From Tubiluchus corallicola (taxonomy: Eukaryota; Animalia; Priapulida): a DNA stretch of 64,000 bases. Below the pieces are notes generated by a model. That model did not search any database. It was not told the origin of the DNA and saw only the letters and a program-made list of their open reading frames with translations. A program made the translations under genes and the position numbers. How positions within the stretch are numbered: position 1 is the first letter of the stretch; each line of letters starts with the position of its first letter. Location of the stretch: positions 186,001-250,000 of the forward strand of contig JAQGDQ010000149.1 of NCBI GenBank assembly GCA_030141605.1, written 5' to 3'. Below are positions 24,831 through 37,586 of this stretch, one piece after another.

Positions 24831-27800
24831 ATTTGTGTTTTAAATTACCACACCTGGTGAAAGAAAATAAATATTAAAAAAAGACCAAATGTGGGCAATG
24901 GTTGGGTTGTGACGTAATGCATTAAATAAGTCATTCATGCTATATTTCTCCGCACAATCAGCTTTTTCCACCTTACGAAACTATGAAAACTTCATTACTT
25001 ACTTCACTTTGTTTTAATCCAAATTGATCAAGAAGTGCATTTTCAATGTCAAGAAAGATGGTGAGATACTAGAATTACCATAAATTTACTTTAGTCTGAT
25101 GCATAACACATGATAACCAAGGCATTTTTTGTTGGTTTACATTAGTGAAAGTAAAATAGTTGCTCTCTATCAGTAATACACAGAGGAAAGATGAACGAGA
25201 TTTGTTTTCTTAACTTGAAATACAACCAGCAGCTGGGGCCAAGAAGCTCATTTAAGTTTTATTCTACAAAAGAACCTGTTTGTTGCTGGATTGTAGGAAA
25301 ATGCAGCTGATTCATCAGCTAGACAAGCGTCAAATGAAGCTTTGTTGTTGCAAGACAATTCAGTTTGCATGTTTGCTTGTTTCATGTTGTAGGTTATTCC
25401 AAGCGGAACATGTATAAATAAAGCACTTACACAATGTTTTCTAAACTCAATCACCTCAGGCATTTGCAAGAGGGGTACATATGAAATACCTAAACTTATT
25501 TTACTTACACCTCACAAACCTAACCGGTTAACCGTTCCCGATGATGTCATACATATATGAAAATATCGAACACATATGACTTGTACAAGCGGTGCACTTC
25601 AAATCTAGCTGCACCAGCGAGAATGTCCAACATAGCAGCATCCTTGTAACATACACGAGTGAAATATTTTTTGCAGTTTACCATTTAGATGCTTCTTAGG
25701 CAACCATATTAATTGAAACGATGTTGTAAATAGTACAATTTTACGTAAGCAGGACATTGCTAACTGTGGATGGCCACTCAGAAAAGACACAAGGTTTCAT
25801 CAATACGAATACGTAGAAAACTTGGCTAAATAACGGTTAGCGATTTTCTAAATGGTTACACCAGTTAGTGGTCGGTTAAACGGTTAACTGCCTCAGCCAT
25901 AATTAAAAGTTGCACATTTTGAACATTTCGAGTTTCAAATGTGAATGTAAAATGTGTTAATATAAATTACTTTAGTTTTCATATAATTAATTTAGATGCC
26001 ACATATTGGTATCTACAACAGTTGTTATAATTATTATAGAATATATAAATAAAATTATTCAAACACTCCATGAAATTGTCACAAATTGAATTTTTTAATA
26101 TCCAAATTAAGATTTTATTTTAATAAACTACAATAAAAAACTGGACACTCCATAACGACCTATAGTCATATAGGTTATAGTAGTTGTAGTACAAGAAATA
26201 GTAATTTATTCTCATATCACGTACATAGAAATATTCACATCACAATGCAGCTGAATGGAACAGCAACATAAACATTAATTGTATCTATTTTTATGTGAAC
26301 AACACAGTTCATAATTAAAAAAAGATATTGTGCTTAATCACAACTGTTAGAAATTCAGAAGCTTTATCAATAATGTTTAAGTGTATACAAGTTCACGTTA
26401 AAACCAAAGCTACATTTGCTAAGAACACAGTCAGTCCTAGTGCAACCAAAAATAATTGTTTTTCCTCCTCTAAAACATTACAAAAAAAGGAATAAATGTT
26501 GACTCCTTGGGATGCCACTTTTCCTCCATAATTCATACTTCAAAATTTGTAAGCCTACCCTTAATCTGATAAAGTCTTTAGTAACTTTCATAAAATTTTT
26601 GTCACCAGTTAAGTGCTGCAGTGCAGAGGTGGTGCTGCTGTAGTTACATGGCACAAACGTAAAATGTATAACTCCAACAATAAATTTTTAAAAGCTCGTT
26701 GAAATTATACTATTTTATTGTAATACAGTACATCATTATAAAAGTGTATGAGTATCAAAAGACCTGTGGGTGAATAGTGAAAATATCATTGTAAGGAAAA
26801 ATTCAACAATACCATCTCTATCCAAAGCCACCAAAAATTAAATATGACATACGAACAATGTATTCAACAAACTAGACTTCTTTTTGCCTGCCAAGTCTTG
26901 TCTTTTTTCCTCCTGGTTCCTCTAACTTTTCTACCAGGTGAGGCCGGTCACAAAAAAAATTGTTTCTGTCTTACCTCATGAGCTCAAAAGATGTCAGTAG
27001 GGAGGGAGGAAAGATTTTTTTTTCAAAAAAAATTTGTTTTTAAGTTTTGTGAATGTTTCAACCTGAATCGTGGAATATTTAAAATCAGTTAAAATCAAAG
27101 TTGTTTATTTCCCACTGGTTAGCAGTAATGTTTTAAATTTTTTCAATGCACATTTTTTCACACTTTGTGTTTTAGTTTCACATTACTAAGTTTTCTCATA
27201 ATTATCTATTATTGTATAGTCTCTTTTTTGTATCTTATTTTTAATCTCTTTTTTTGTATCTCTTGTTTCTAATAACTATGGTATAAGCAGCAACATTACT
27301 CGGCCGTTAATACACTGATTTGGCGGAAAATTCGATACTTTTTAGCCTCCAACACAATGAGCATCATACAAAATGGCAACCTTGGCTAAGAGTTAGTTGT
27401 GGAAAAACATGGCCCCTGTCCTGCGTTCCCCAAAAGCACGCTTTTATATGACTGCGTTAAAATTCAAGGCCAGATGCACGATAAAAAATATTACCTGGGC
27501 GATTAGATGGAAACAGATGTATTTTTATTGTCGGCCTGATACCTAAGTTTTCTTTTGTTTTTCTATTCTCCTTTTTTCCTCAAACTCATAATATGTTTGT
27601 TTCTTCTTTTTTTTGCAAATTTTGTCATTTTTTTTGCAAATATGGTTTGATCAGAACTACTTGATATAATATGAATAACCATTACTTACATTAATTTTCA
27701 TTCTCATCAATACTTACAATTAAACAGAATATTCTTGTTTACAAATCATTTATTTTTAGCAGCATAAAAAAGCTTGAAGTTCAGTTTTCCCTATAGCTTA

Positions 27801-28034
27801 CATAAGTGACATTGATAAATATTTGATTTCAATCGGATTTTTACTAGCCCAATAATATTGTCCATCTTACTCTAAGTATTTATTATTAGCATGCACTTGA
27901 ATTTATAAAGGCCCAAAGATAAAAATACATTATTATTATTATCTTTAAAAAAATGAAATAATATAGTATTATATAGGGCCAACCCACCATAGGTTGATTC
28001 TGTAAATGAACTATAGTAAAGCAGGGGTAATGTA

Positions 28035-28716
28035 GGGCGCGGAGTGCACCACTAACTGAAGTAGGATACTTCTGCTAAAACGAATGTACTAAATTTGCAA
28101 AAAAACAGTGTCGTACATGGGCAGCCCAAATAGGACACTGGCGATTTCTGTTGAGAATCGGGAATTAAGACATAAAAAAACATAAAACTAAATTTGGTTT
28201 AGAAAAAAGTAACTTTATAATAATGATGGATAGTCCTTGACAATTTACAAATGTTTTTTTACAACAATATAATCATTATTATTAGCTCCATTAATATCAT
28301 TATAACATTACACTACATATCTAGTTTGTGCAAGAGTTAGTGAAACGGATCACCTGTCTGTGAAGCGAGACAAAATAAAAAATTATATATCTTAATAAAA
28401 TGTTGTAATCACCAAAAAGCAGGCTTATTTCACTTCAGAAATATTAATATCGATGCCAAATTTAATATTGTCTCGCTGAGCTACTAGCTGAGAATAAGAT
28501 TCCTTTATTTTATCAGATGTATAATAAATTATTCAACGTGTATTGACATTTTCAATTATTATTATTAAATAAACAAGGAAAACTGACGCTGCCAGTACCG
28601 CCAATTTACTCAAATATAATGACATGTCTCTAAGTGCCCTACTTCAGCAGCCCATGTATGCCAATTGTACTACTCTGTTCCCAACAGGTAAAGTATTTAG
28701 GCCTCACACTGCCCTG
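28035..28716. mobile_element. Decayed inverted-repeat element in CCDC97 intron 1
   Basis: CTGAAGTAGGATACTT and TACATGGGCAGCCCAAATAGGACACT on the left are inverted relatives of AAGTGCCCTACTTCAGCAGCCCATGTA on the right. Confidence 0.4.
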
Positions 28717-29062
28717 TGCTAACCCAAAACAGGTTGATTCAGTAAAGGAACTATTGTAAAAAAAGGGTAATGTTTTTAGGGCTCTTACAGTCGTACACTG
28801 CCCTGAACACATACTTCCTCTTTAAAACCAGCTTTAATATTGGCTCATTTGTAGTACATTGTCTAAAATGATTACAAGCAGGATATCTTGCGGGAGAAAT
28901 ATATGATAAGCATGAAGCTTTTCAATTTAACTACTGTATGAACACTCTTATAGTTCCTTAACAAGAACACATAGATAACTACAAATAGAATGGTTGTTAT
29001 ATAAGGCATTAATAAAGAACTACTGAAATAATTATCAAAGATTTAGGATGACTTAACCATAC

Positions 29063-29084
29063 TTGCAGCAGCTACAGCTGCCAT
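29063..29084 (-). CDS. CCDC97: CCDC97 exon 1 (predicted; MAAVAAA + 1 nt)
   Basis: CAAAATGGCAGCT start context (Kozak/YY1-like) followed by a GTATGG donor in phase 1, which matches the phase-1 acceptor of exon 2. An Ala-rich N-terminus resembles vertebrate CCDC97. An extra small exon in the 5.7 kb intron cannot be excluded. Confidence 0.6.
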
Positions 29085-29299
29085 TTTGTATTTTCTCTTT
29101 AAAATTGTCTTATATGCGCACCGGCACTCTTTATATACGACCATTGTTTTAATTTTACGCGAGCCTATGGCTACTGGGTAGGGAACTTCGACGGCGATTG
29201 ACTGTCGTTGCCGATTCACCATAGAATGGCATTGACGATGCCTCTAGATGAAAAAATTGTAATTATTGTAATTGATGATGTATTGTTATAATTGTAATT

Positions 29300-31870
29300 A
29301 TAATGATGGATAGCTTTAAGTGACATTTATCAGAAAATAGTAGTAGCAGGCGATTTCAATGCAAAAATAGGAGTTAACGTAACAGAAAATAATTAGGAAG
29401 TTACATTTGCAGTCTTCTTAGTAAAAGAAATAATGAATTTAATCAATGGAACTGATGACTGACGTATGTAGTGGTTAGTGGACTAGAAATCAAGGTAAAC
29501 ACAAATCAGTACTATATGAAATGAGTCACTCGAATCATAATTCAATTATTGTGAATATGAACTGGGTTAAACTATGCATGGAACAGGAAAGAAAAAAATG
29601 AAGCTTTCAAGGTAAATAGAAAAGGTCTAGAACAATTTCGATTGAAAACACAGAAAAATGATTTAAAAATATTATGGGAAACAAATGAGGACATTACGGT
29701 ACAATACAGAAATTGGCAACACTACATGTCTTTTATTATGGAAGAGTACTTTAGGAAGAAGGTATGAAAAAACACAAAAAACAGGCAAAAGTTAGTAGAA
29801 TTTTGATGAAACAAAAAGGACGTGTGAGAAGAGATGTAAAATACTAGTGACGAAAGGAAACGCAAAATTCTGCAAGTTAGAGAAAAGAGGTTAGATGGAA
29901 TGTTGTATCAACACAACCAAGAAAGCTATTATAACCAAAGGAATAAGGTAATTAGAAGAATAAAAAGCGAAACAGGCTTAAAATGCTAATGTATTTTGGG
30001 AATTTAAAAAGAAAACGACAAAGAGAAAAGTGGAAGAAAAGTGTACAATGAAAATGACGAATTAATGACGAATTGGTGATATATTTAATTGTGTTTGACA
30101 AACACTACAAGAACCTCTTAAAACCAAACGAAGCCACAACAATAAAGGACAAAATGGCTGAAGTACAGGTAAATGACAAAATGAAATTCCTGGAAGGAGG
30201 ATAAAAGAACCAAGTAGAGAAAATAAGAGATTAAGAGATCAGAAATGAAATTGAAGAACTGAAGAAAAGGAAATTACCAGATAAACATCAATGGATAAAT
30301 GAAATGTTAATAATGGCAGGTGATGACGTGATAAAACCATTGATAATAATGTTCACTATGTGAAACAGGAGTTATTCCCGAAGAGTGGAAAAAATGACAA
30401 TTAAATCGATATGTAAAGGGCATGGGTCTAAAAGGGAGATGAGGAATAAAAGGGGAATATGTTTAACGAACATAATATGTAAACTGTATGAAAAGATAAT
30501 AATTAAGAAAAATAACAAAATAATTTAAAATAATATCAGTAATTTACAGTGCGGGTGAAGAAAAAGCAGAAGTCCGTCTTATCACTTATTCGTAGTTAGC
30601 GCAGTATTAGCTTGTAATACATATATATATAATAATATATACTTAGTTGTCAGAGATCTAGAAAAACGCTTCAACAAGTTGTGGTCACGAGATTGTACAG
30701 TAAAACTCTGAAAACGTAGGAGTAGGTGAAAACGATTGTTTGAATGTCTGCTATTTAAATAAAGAAGTGGAAACTGTTGTTAATATACAATAGGTGACAC
30801 AGCAGAACTACAAATAAAGGAGTCAGTTAGGCAAGAAACTCCGTTCGGACTAATATTATGCAGCATTGCTGTTAATGAAATCATAGGCATAGTAAACTAC
30901 CCCAAAACAATGATTGACCCTGATTTAGAACTGGGAAAGCTATTGTACGTAGCTGGCATCTTAGGAATGGAGTCTAAAGAAACGGCAGAGCAAGTAATGG
31001 CGAATTTGAAGAAAAAAGACAAATCCCGAAATCATATTTCATATTAAAATGGAGAATTAAGAAGGACTCAGAAATATAAGTACCTACTTGATTGGTTAAG
31101 TAATACAGGAAAATATGGTGCTTCACGGAGGAACGTAAAAATAGAATGGAAGGAATGATCTTGGATATCTTAAATATAGGAAAGGAGGAAAATATGGGTT
31201 ATAAATCACTGGAAGCGAGATTATTTATGTATGAGTCAATGGTAATTCCTGCTATGCTTAATAATAGCGAAACTGGACAAATGTAACAAAAGGCGAGTTA
31301 GAGCTTTTAGAGAAATTCAGAAAAAAACATTAAGGAAAACATTAGAACAGTTTTAATCGAACAGAAAAAGCGAGATTATGAAGAATACTGACATGAAGAG
31401 ATTAAAATAATAATGATAAAGTATGACATTGAATATGAAGTAGAATAGCTGCAAGGGATAAAAAATCTTAATGGAACAAATTGGTAAAGGAAAAAACCAC
31501 CTAAGAAAGTATAACAGAAGAGTTCAAACAAAAAATAGAAATAATGACCAAATTAAGGTTCCTGAGCAACACATTATATAGGGAAATGCTGCGTCAAGGA
31601 GGCACGTGCATTGATGACAATTAGATTCGATATGTTAGAGTAAAAAATAATTACAAAGGGTCGAATAAAGATGATAAGGTGTGTCCCTTGTGTAGGAAAG
31701 AAAAGAACACAACAAAAGCATCTATTTGTGTGTGAAGATTCAAATTCATTTAAACAAAATAGGAGTCCGAGTCCAAGATCTTGTGCAAGCAAATGCACAG
31801 CTACTGAAAAGAATAAACGATGTTGCAATGGCATCATGGAATTTAGAAAGCAAACAAATAAAAAAATATG
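29300..31870 (+). mobile_element. Heavily decayed LINE ORF2 (endonuclease + RT + C-terminal Cys motif)
   Basis: KIVVAGDFNAKIG (APE endonuclease, ~29334), an SDH-like SNHNSII, NKRGICLTNIICKLYEKII, DLEKRFNKLW, VRQETPFGLILC, LLYVAG (decayed YxDD), and a terminal Cys/His cluster near 31680-31735. A-rich sense strand with many stops. Confidence 0.85.
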
Positions 31871-32546
31871 TGAAATAAGTGTTAGAGTGTTGTGCCTTGC
31901 ACCTACAGAAAAGTGCTTGCCGTGTAATCACCGTAATTTTAGGTATTCGGAATGAGTGCGGAATGAGTTAGGCCTGGCTTGTATACGGTTCAGTGATAGC
32001 GCATAGGATGCACTTAAGCAGTATTGCTCTTTCCTGTTGAAACATTCCTACCTTCAAAAGCCACAGTAAACGATTTCCCTAAAAAATAATTCTCGTCTAT
32101 ACTATGTGTAGATCAACCACTGATGGTAAATATTGAACAAATGCTAGTTGAAAAAACCAGCAAAGCTTACATACCAAATAGCACAACATTTTCACAACAT
32201 TACTGAAAAACATTGAAAAAAATATGATTATAGTGTAGGGTGTCAAAAATGTTAAAACGTTTTGGCGACTTTTGTGAATGCTCTGTGAAACTATTTATAT
32301 GCAAGTTAAGAAGATGCACATGTATTAATTTGCACATCAGGTCGTCTTGTAGATCGTTTCACAAAACTGCAGCAAACTCTTATAAAACATTTTTGAGACC
32401 CTACAATACAACATTTTTGTGTCATTTTAGAAGTGTTGCAAAATGTTATGTCTGCTAGGTTATTAACTGCCAATGTTCTGTTTAATACGCACCGGCCAGT
32501 TTTAGTCATTGTAACTGACGACGGCAACATCGGGTTATACTTACAT

Positions 32547-32905
32547 TAGGGTTGAGCATCGAACGTTCGATTCGAACAAGTTTTTTTAGTTCGATTCGAA
32601 CGTAAAATTATGTATTCGAGTTTCACCGCTTCAACTACATTACATTCTTTATCCTTAAAACGTTTGAAAGAGCATGTAATCAGCATATATTAGCTGCAAT
32701 TTTTGTGCACAATTTTTAAACAAATATTAGTGTTTTTACTGCAAAACAAAATCAAGCAAAGAGGCTGTCTTTTATTAATGACTCAAGAACTAACTCGAAA
32801 GCCTTTAAAACTGAAGTCGGATTCGATTCAGATTCAAAATCTTGAAATTCTGATTCGATTCGAGTTCGAAAGTCAAAAATTCTGTTCGATTCGAAATCGC
32901 TTTCT
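32547..32905. mobile_element. hAT-like MITE with subterminal TTCGA(A) repeats
   Basis: Begins TAGGGTTGAGC; clusters of TTCGATTCGAA at both ends. Confidence 0.5.
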
Positions 32906-35900
32906 GATAGAGACTGCTCCACGGATAGAAACTGAGTATAAAGCCAGTTTATCTCACCATATAATTTTTTATCAACTGTTTCCAGTGAGTACAAAGAAAA
33001 AATCAAAATCTTGTTGAAAAGTACACTTGTTGCTACTAAAAATCTCCGTAAAAACGGTTTTTATTGGAGTTTTTAGTAGCGATGCTTTCACAATAATTCA
33101 AAGTGTTTCGGTAGACTTAAATTTAAACAACGATTAAAAGTCATGGAATTTTCATGTTAGTCGTCAAAGATGAAAGGCCGTGCAACAAATGAATACTAAT
33201 AAGTATACTGATAATAACGCAGTGTAGATGCAGAAAAAAATATTTTATTAGTTTTAGATATTTCTTTTGATTTTTTCCTCTTCTTTGTCTTTTTATGCTT
33301 ACTTATCTGAAGAAGAACTACAGTATGTAGTAGTTCGAAACGTTATGCCCTCTCCTTCGTTTCGCTTCCCTTTTAATTATGGAATTTTATTCATTGTCAC
33401 CATTATTGTCATTAAGAGTTAATCTGTGTTATTTTAGGTGAAATAGTTGACATAATTTCATTTTATGTGGCGATCATTTTGAAAGAGGCGGCTATTTTTG
33501 AAATGGGAAGTAACATAGATGGATTCCTTAGGTGCAACTACCCTGGAATATAGATGTCACAATCGACATTTAATGTTACTTTTCTGGAAATTTCTTTTGA
33601 TTTACATAGTTTGCATAAAAGCCTGCTGGCTACTTTACTTTTCCTATATTTTTGAGACATATCTGCTAATTTTTCAAGCTGGCAACAAGTTTTCGGATTC
33701 AGTCTTGTGAAAATTGATAGGATTGGTTACGTTGTCTATTTCCTCTAACGTTCATTGGAAGAAAGGAAGAATAAGCGTTTAAAATGGAAGCGTCAAAAGG
33801 TACAATGATCGCGACTTTAAAGTGAGTTTTAAAATTTTTCACATTTTCCACTGTCATGGAAATAAGGTTCAGCTTCCAACAAGACTTGATCTCTCCTTTA
33901 AGATATATACCTTCATCTTTACAGGAAACGATTGTTGTAGAGCCTACACGAAGGTATAAGAAGGAACTGATAAATCTGTTATGACGGTAGTTATTGGCAT
34001 TAAGTTTTCTTGATCTGGGAGGGTTTGGAAGCCCACACTGTTGGTAAACGACGATCAACGCAGCGTCAAGTTCGTCGTTGAACTGAATAGCCAATAAGAA
34101 TAGACTCCAGAAGGTGTGTTAGAATCCAAGGCACTTCTGCTCTCTCTTTTTGAAATATCCCAGATGAGCAAATTTGCCAATAAAGTTACTTTTTGGGCAA
34201 ATTGCTTTAGTGTCATGCACTTAACAGTTAACAAGTATTATGAATGATCTGTGGTCGGACTTAAAAACACTTTGAATGTAATTACTTTAACTATCAGTGT
34301 TTTGATTGACTGTGTGGACTAAGAATACAATATTTAGGTCCTTTATAACGTTGGTATGTAAGACCACGGTGCGAGTTACCATGTATGCAACAGGTGAGCT
34401 ACCTAGACTCCACAATCCCTTTCGGTTCACTGCAAACTTCTCAGGTATGGCCGTGTGTTACTTACTTGTTCCGTCTACAAGTTACAATATTTGTGGAAAC
34501 ATGTTATTATGATTAGTAGCTCGAAGCGCGTTTATCGTTTATTTTAGTCTTAGTACATTTGCGGTTCTCCTAAAAGTGCTACTTTCTTGTTTGTGTATAC
34601 GCTGGATGTGAAGTATGGCTGCCGAATCTTATAGGGCCCTGCACGAAAAGGATAGTTTACAGGCAGATTGTAACGAAAACTTGGTGGACAGTATTGCTGT
34701 AAGTAGCTTCTACAAAAGTTTTTTTTCGGTAACTATTCACTAAAATTAAGAAATGACTTGTCAGTAATAGGTATAATCTGCTTAGGTTCCGTTATGTAGC
34801 GCATATTTTTGATAAAAGTAAATTATAAGTGAGCATAACATCAATATACATAAGATGGCACCAATTTTTCTCATACATATAATTTTTCAAGGAATGTTAG
34901 CCTATTTTACATTTCAAGCTGTCTTTTATATTCATTTCTTTTGTGCATCATTTCGAGTGTTGTTTCGCAGTCAGAATTCAGAATAACACTGCCGTTTTCG
35001 CGAAGCACATTGATAGCCTGGTACAGCGCTTGACCTAATAATAATTACCTCGTATAATTCGTAACGTGCTTTGGTGTGGGTGATTGACACCAGCTATAAC
35101 TTACTGTACTTTTCACAACCATAGTTTGTCTTGAATAGTTGGCTTTTAGCTGCAGGTAACTACTGCGGCCTTTTGCGGGGTTCCAGTCTGACATTTTAAC
35201 AGTTTTTACTATCTATAGACATATTTTTTATTTTAACCCGTTAGTTTTTTAGCGTGTCTTCATTGCTTGGCTTATCCCTCGGCTTTTGTCGAATCTGAGT
35301 TCTTCAGTTTTATTAATTAAAAAACAAAACCTAGCTCATGATTTGAAAGAACATAAGGTCATTTTTATTAATAACGTAAAAATTCTTACACTGAATTTGA
35401 GTTTTCAACTTTTGTTGCATTTGCGAAATTAAAATCTAATTTAAGAGGGCTCATGAAAACGACACCACAAAAGTAGGTTGTTACGAAAAGAGGGATCTTA
35501 GAGAAACATCAGCGGTTTAGATGTATCCTATCAGCACGTCTATCATGACTTATGCCACTTCTAAATCGTTTGCCTGCCGTTACCCTGGAAGTATTTTCTA
35601 TTTGATTTTAATTCGTTTGCACTATAAACGTTACTGAGACTACAAATTTTTTCCTAAGCTGCCACTTATACTGTAGTATATAGTCAGGCCTAGGGTCCTG
35701 ATTCATTTGACTTATTCAGCTCGCGTTACTGTTACGGTGATGTCTATTTCATTAAAAAATGAGATGTAATATATAAGTTAAAATATTTTAACTTTTCATA
35801 TAAGTTAATATTTTTACTAAACTTGTCAAGGTGCAGTTATGGCCTTGCACTCTAGTTGCCGTACATACATGTACTAGAACGGTTCCAGAAGAAAGCTGTA

Positions 35901-36411
35901 TCACTCTTATTTTCACTTTTTGATTGAGTTCTTCACTTTGCGGTCCTTTCTTTTAGATAGTTTGCCTGTTTGGAGGATGGCGTAGCGAAATGCCAAAGAT
36001 GCTTGGCTTGTTTGCACTTTCAATTGCCCGGTGTTTTTCTTGGGGGGGGGGGGGGGGGGAGACAGAATTTGAGGCTTTAATTACGTAAACCGTACAAGAA
36101 GGGAAAACCCTCTAATAAAATTCGGCACAATAGGCTAGCGTAACACATGGATTAATTTTGTGATTTTGTGACCGGGTATGGCAAAGACAGGATGGAAAGG
36201 TGAACGTCGGGATCAGCGTTATTTGCTTTATGAAGTCCGACTGTACTGAGCCACAGCAATAGGCATAATATGTTGAAATAACAATTCTAAACGGCAAATG
36301 CTCCATCACGTAGCAACACTTAATAATTATGTGATACTACTGTTTCCTGACTCTATTCGTTCATTGTACTGTAGCAGATTATAGGCTCCGACTCAGTTAT
36401 ATACGGCAGCG

Positions 36412-37095
36412 TTAAGCGACAAGAAAAAGGGTACCTGAAGTAGGTTTTAGAAAAATCGCCTTAAAGAGATTATATTGCTTTATAGCAATTTTATACGTAT
36501 ATCATACTCGCGTTGAAAGCATTTTTTGTTCGCTTTCATTTTAAATCTCCCACAATGCTGTTCCGGCCCCGCCATTACATGACGTCATATACACACAACG
36601 TAAATCAGGGGGAAAAGATAATGTCCCAAAAAACTTTCCACGCAAAGTTATACTAGATAGCATTTCACTTACCCACTAAATTATTTAAATTGGTAGAACG
36701 CCGTTGACTCACCTCCAGGAAACGCCATTTATTAACCAGAAAAAAAACGCTTTTTTTCCCATTGACAAGATACAATAATTCAAATTTGTCTTTGTTAGTC
36801 ACGTGTGCGCTACGAATGCTGTGATTATTATTTTTTAAACTAAACTTGTTTTAAATGACTTATCGTCATAATGGCTGCGTCTAGCGGTCATCGCAGGCGT
36901 TTAAATTTACAAGCATTATACTGCGTTACTGCCGACACAAGACCTGTACGCAAAAAGACAGTATGCAAGTGGTATAAAATTTCAAGACATATTTTTCAAG
37001 CTTGATGTAAGTGGAGAGTTTTCCTGTGCTTTAATTCAATAACGTCGTTTGCTTGTGAAATACACGTATAATAATTTGCTAACGGTAACCTTTAA
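36412..37095. mobile_element. Probable non-autonomous DNA element; its left ~115 bp recurs inverted at ~19875-19990
   Basis: ACAAGAAAAAGGGTACCTGAAGTAGG...ATTGCTTTATAGCAATTTTATACGTA...CATACTC matches the reverse complement of 19875-19990. TTAA occurs near both presumed ends; the right boundary is uncertain. Confidence 0.5.
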
Positions 37096-37158
37096 ATAAT
37101 CTTCACGACTGAGAGTCACGTCAACAGCTGTGTGATATATCAATACGAATCTACGTAA

Positions 37159-37356
37159 TAAAGTCACAGGTAAAAAAGTCGCAGGAAAATCACAAGAAAA
37201 AGATACAAGAAAAAAGAAATAACCCTAACCTTAATCTTAACCTTAACCCTAACCCTAACTTCTATCTAATCCTAACCCTAAACCTCGCCAAAATTAATTG
37301 TGACTTTTTTCTAGCCAATATTGTGACTTTTTCCGGTGACTTTATAACCGGTCACC
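37159..37356. mobile_element. Small inverted-repeat element with internal degenerate (CCCTAA)n
   Basis: Left arm TAAAGTCACAGGTAAAAAAGTCGCA versus right arm TTGTGACTTTTTCCGGTGACTTTA; core AACCCTAACCTTAATCTTAACCTTAACCCTAACCCTAA. Confidence 0.6.
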
Positions 37357-37390
37357 ATTAATTGCAATAATAGCGTGTTAAGTGGCAAAT

Positions 37391-37586
37391 TGTAGCATGC
37401 GGATGCGGATGCGTTTTCCATCTGTGGAACAGGCTGCGGAATAACCTACGGAAAAAATCAATAGGAAATAGCTACAGAAAAAGAATAACGCGTACGCAGA
37501 CTGCATAAACGGGTGCATTGAAAACAATATAAACCGATTTTATCTATTCGGCACCCGCAATTCGTTAACTGCACCCGCATGCTACA
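37391..37586. mobile_element. MITE with 16-bp TIR
   Basis: TGTAGCATGCGGATGC...GCACCCGCATGCTACA (15/16 inverted match) with internal TGCGG/CCGCA repeats; no clear TSD. Confidence 0.6.

Noticed and set aside
26557-26640. Possible extra CCDC97 exon in intron 1
   Set aside because: Splice signals are weak, no recognisable homology, and exon 1 already joins exon 2 in the correct phase.
36041-36059. Poly-G run as a functional G-quadruplex element
   Set aside because: An isolated homopolymer with no supporting context, whose length is prone to assembly error.
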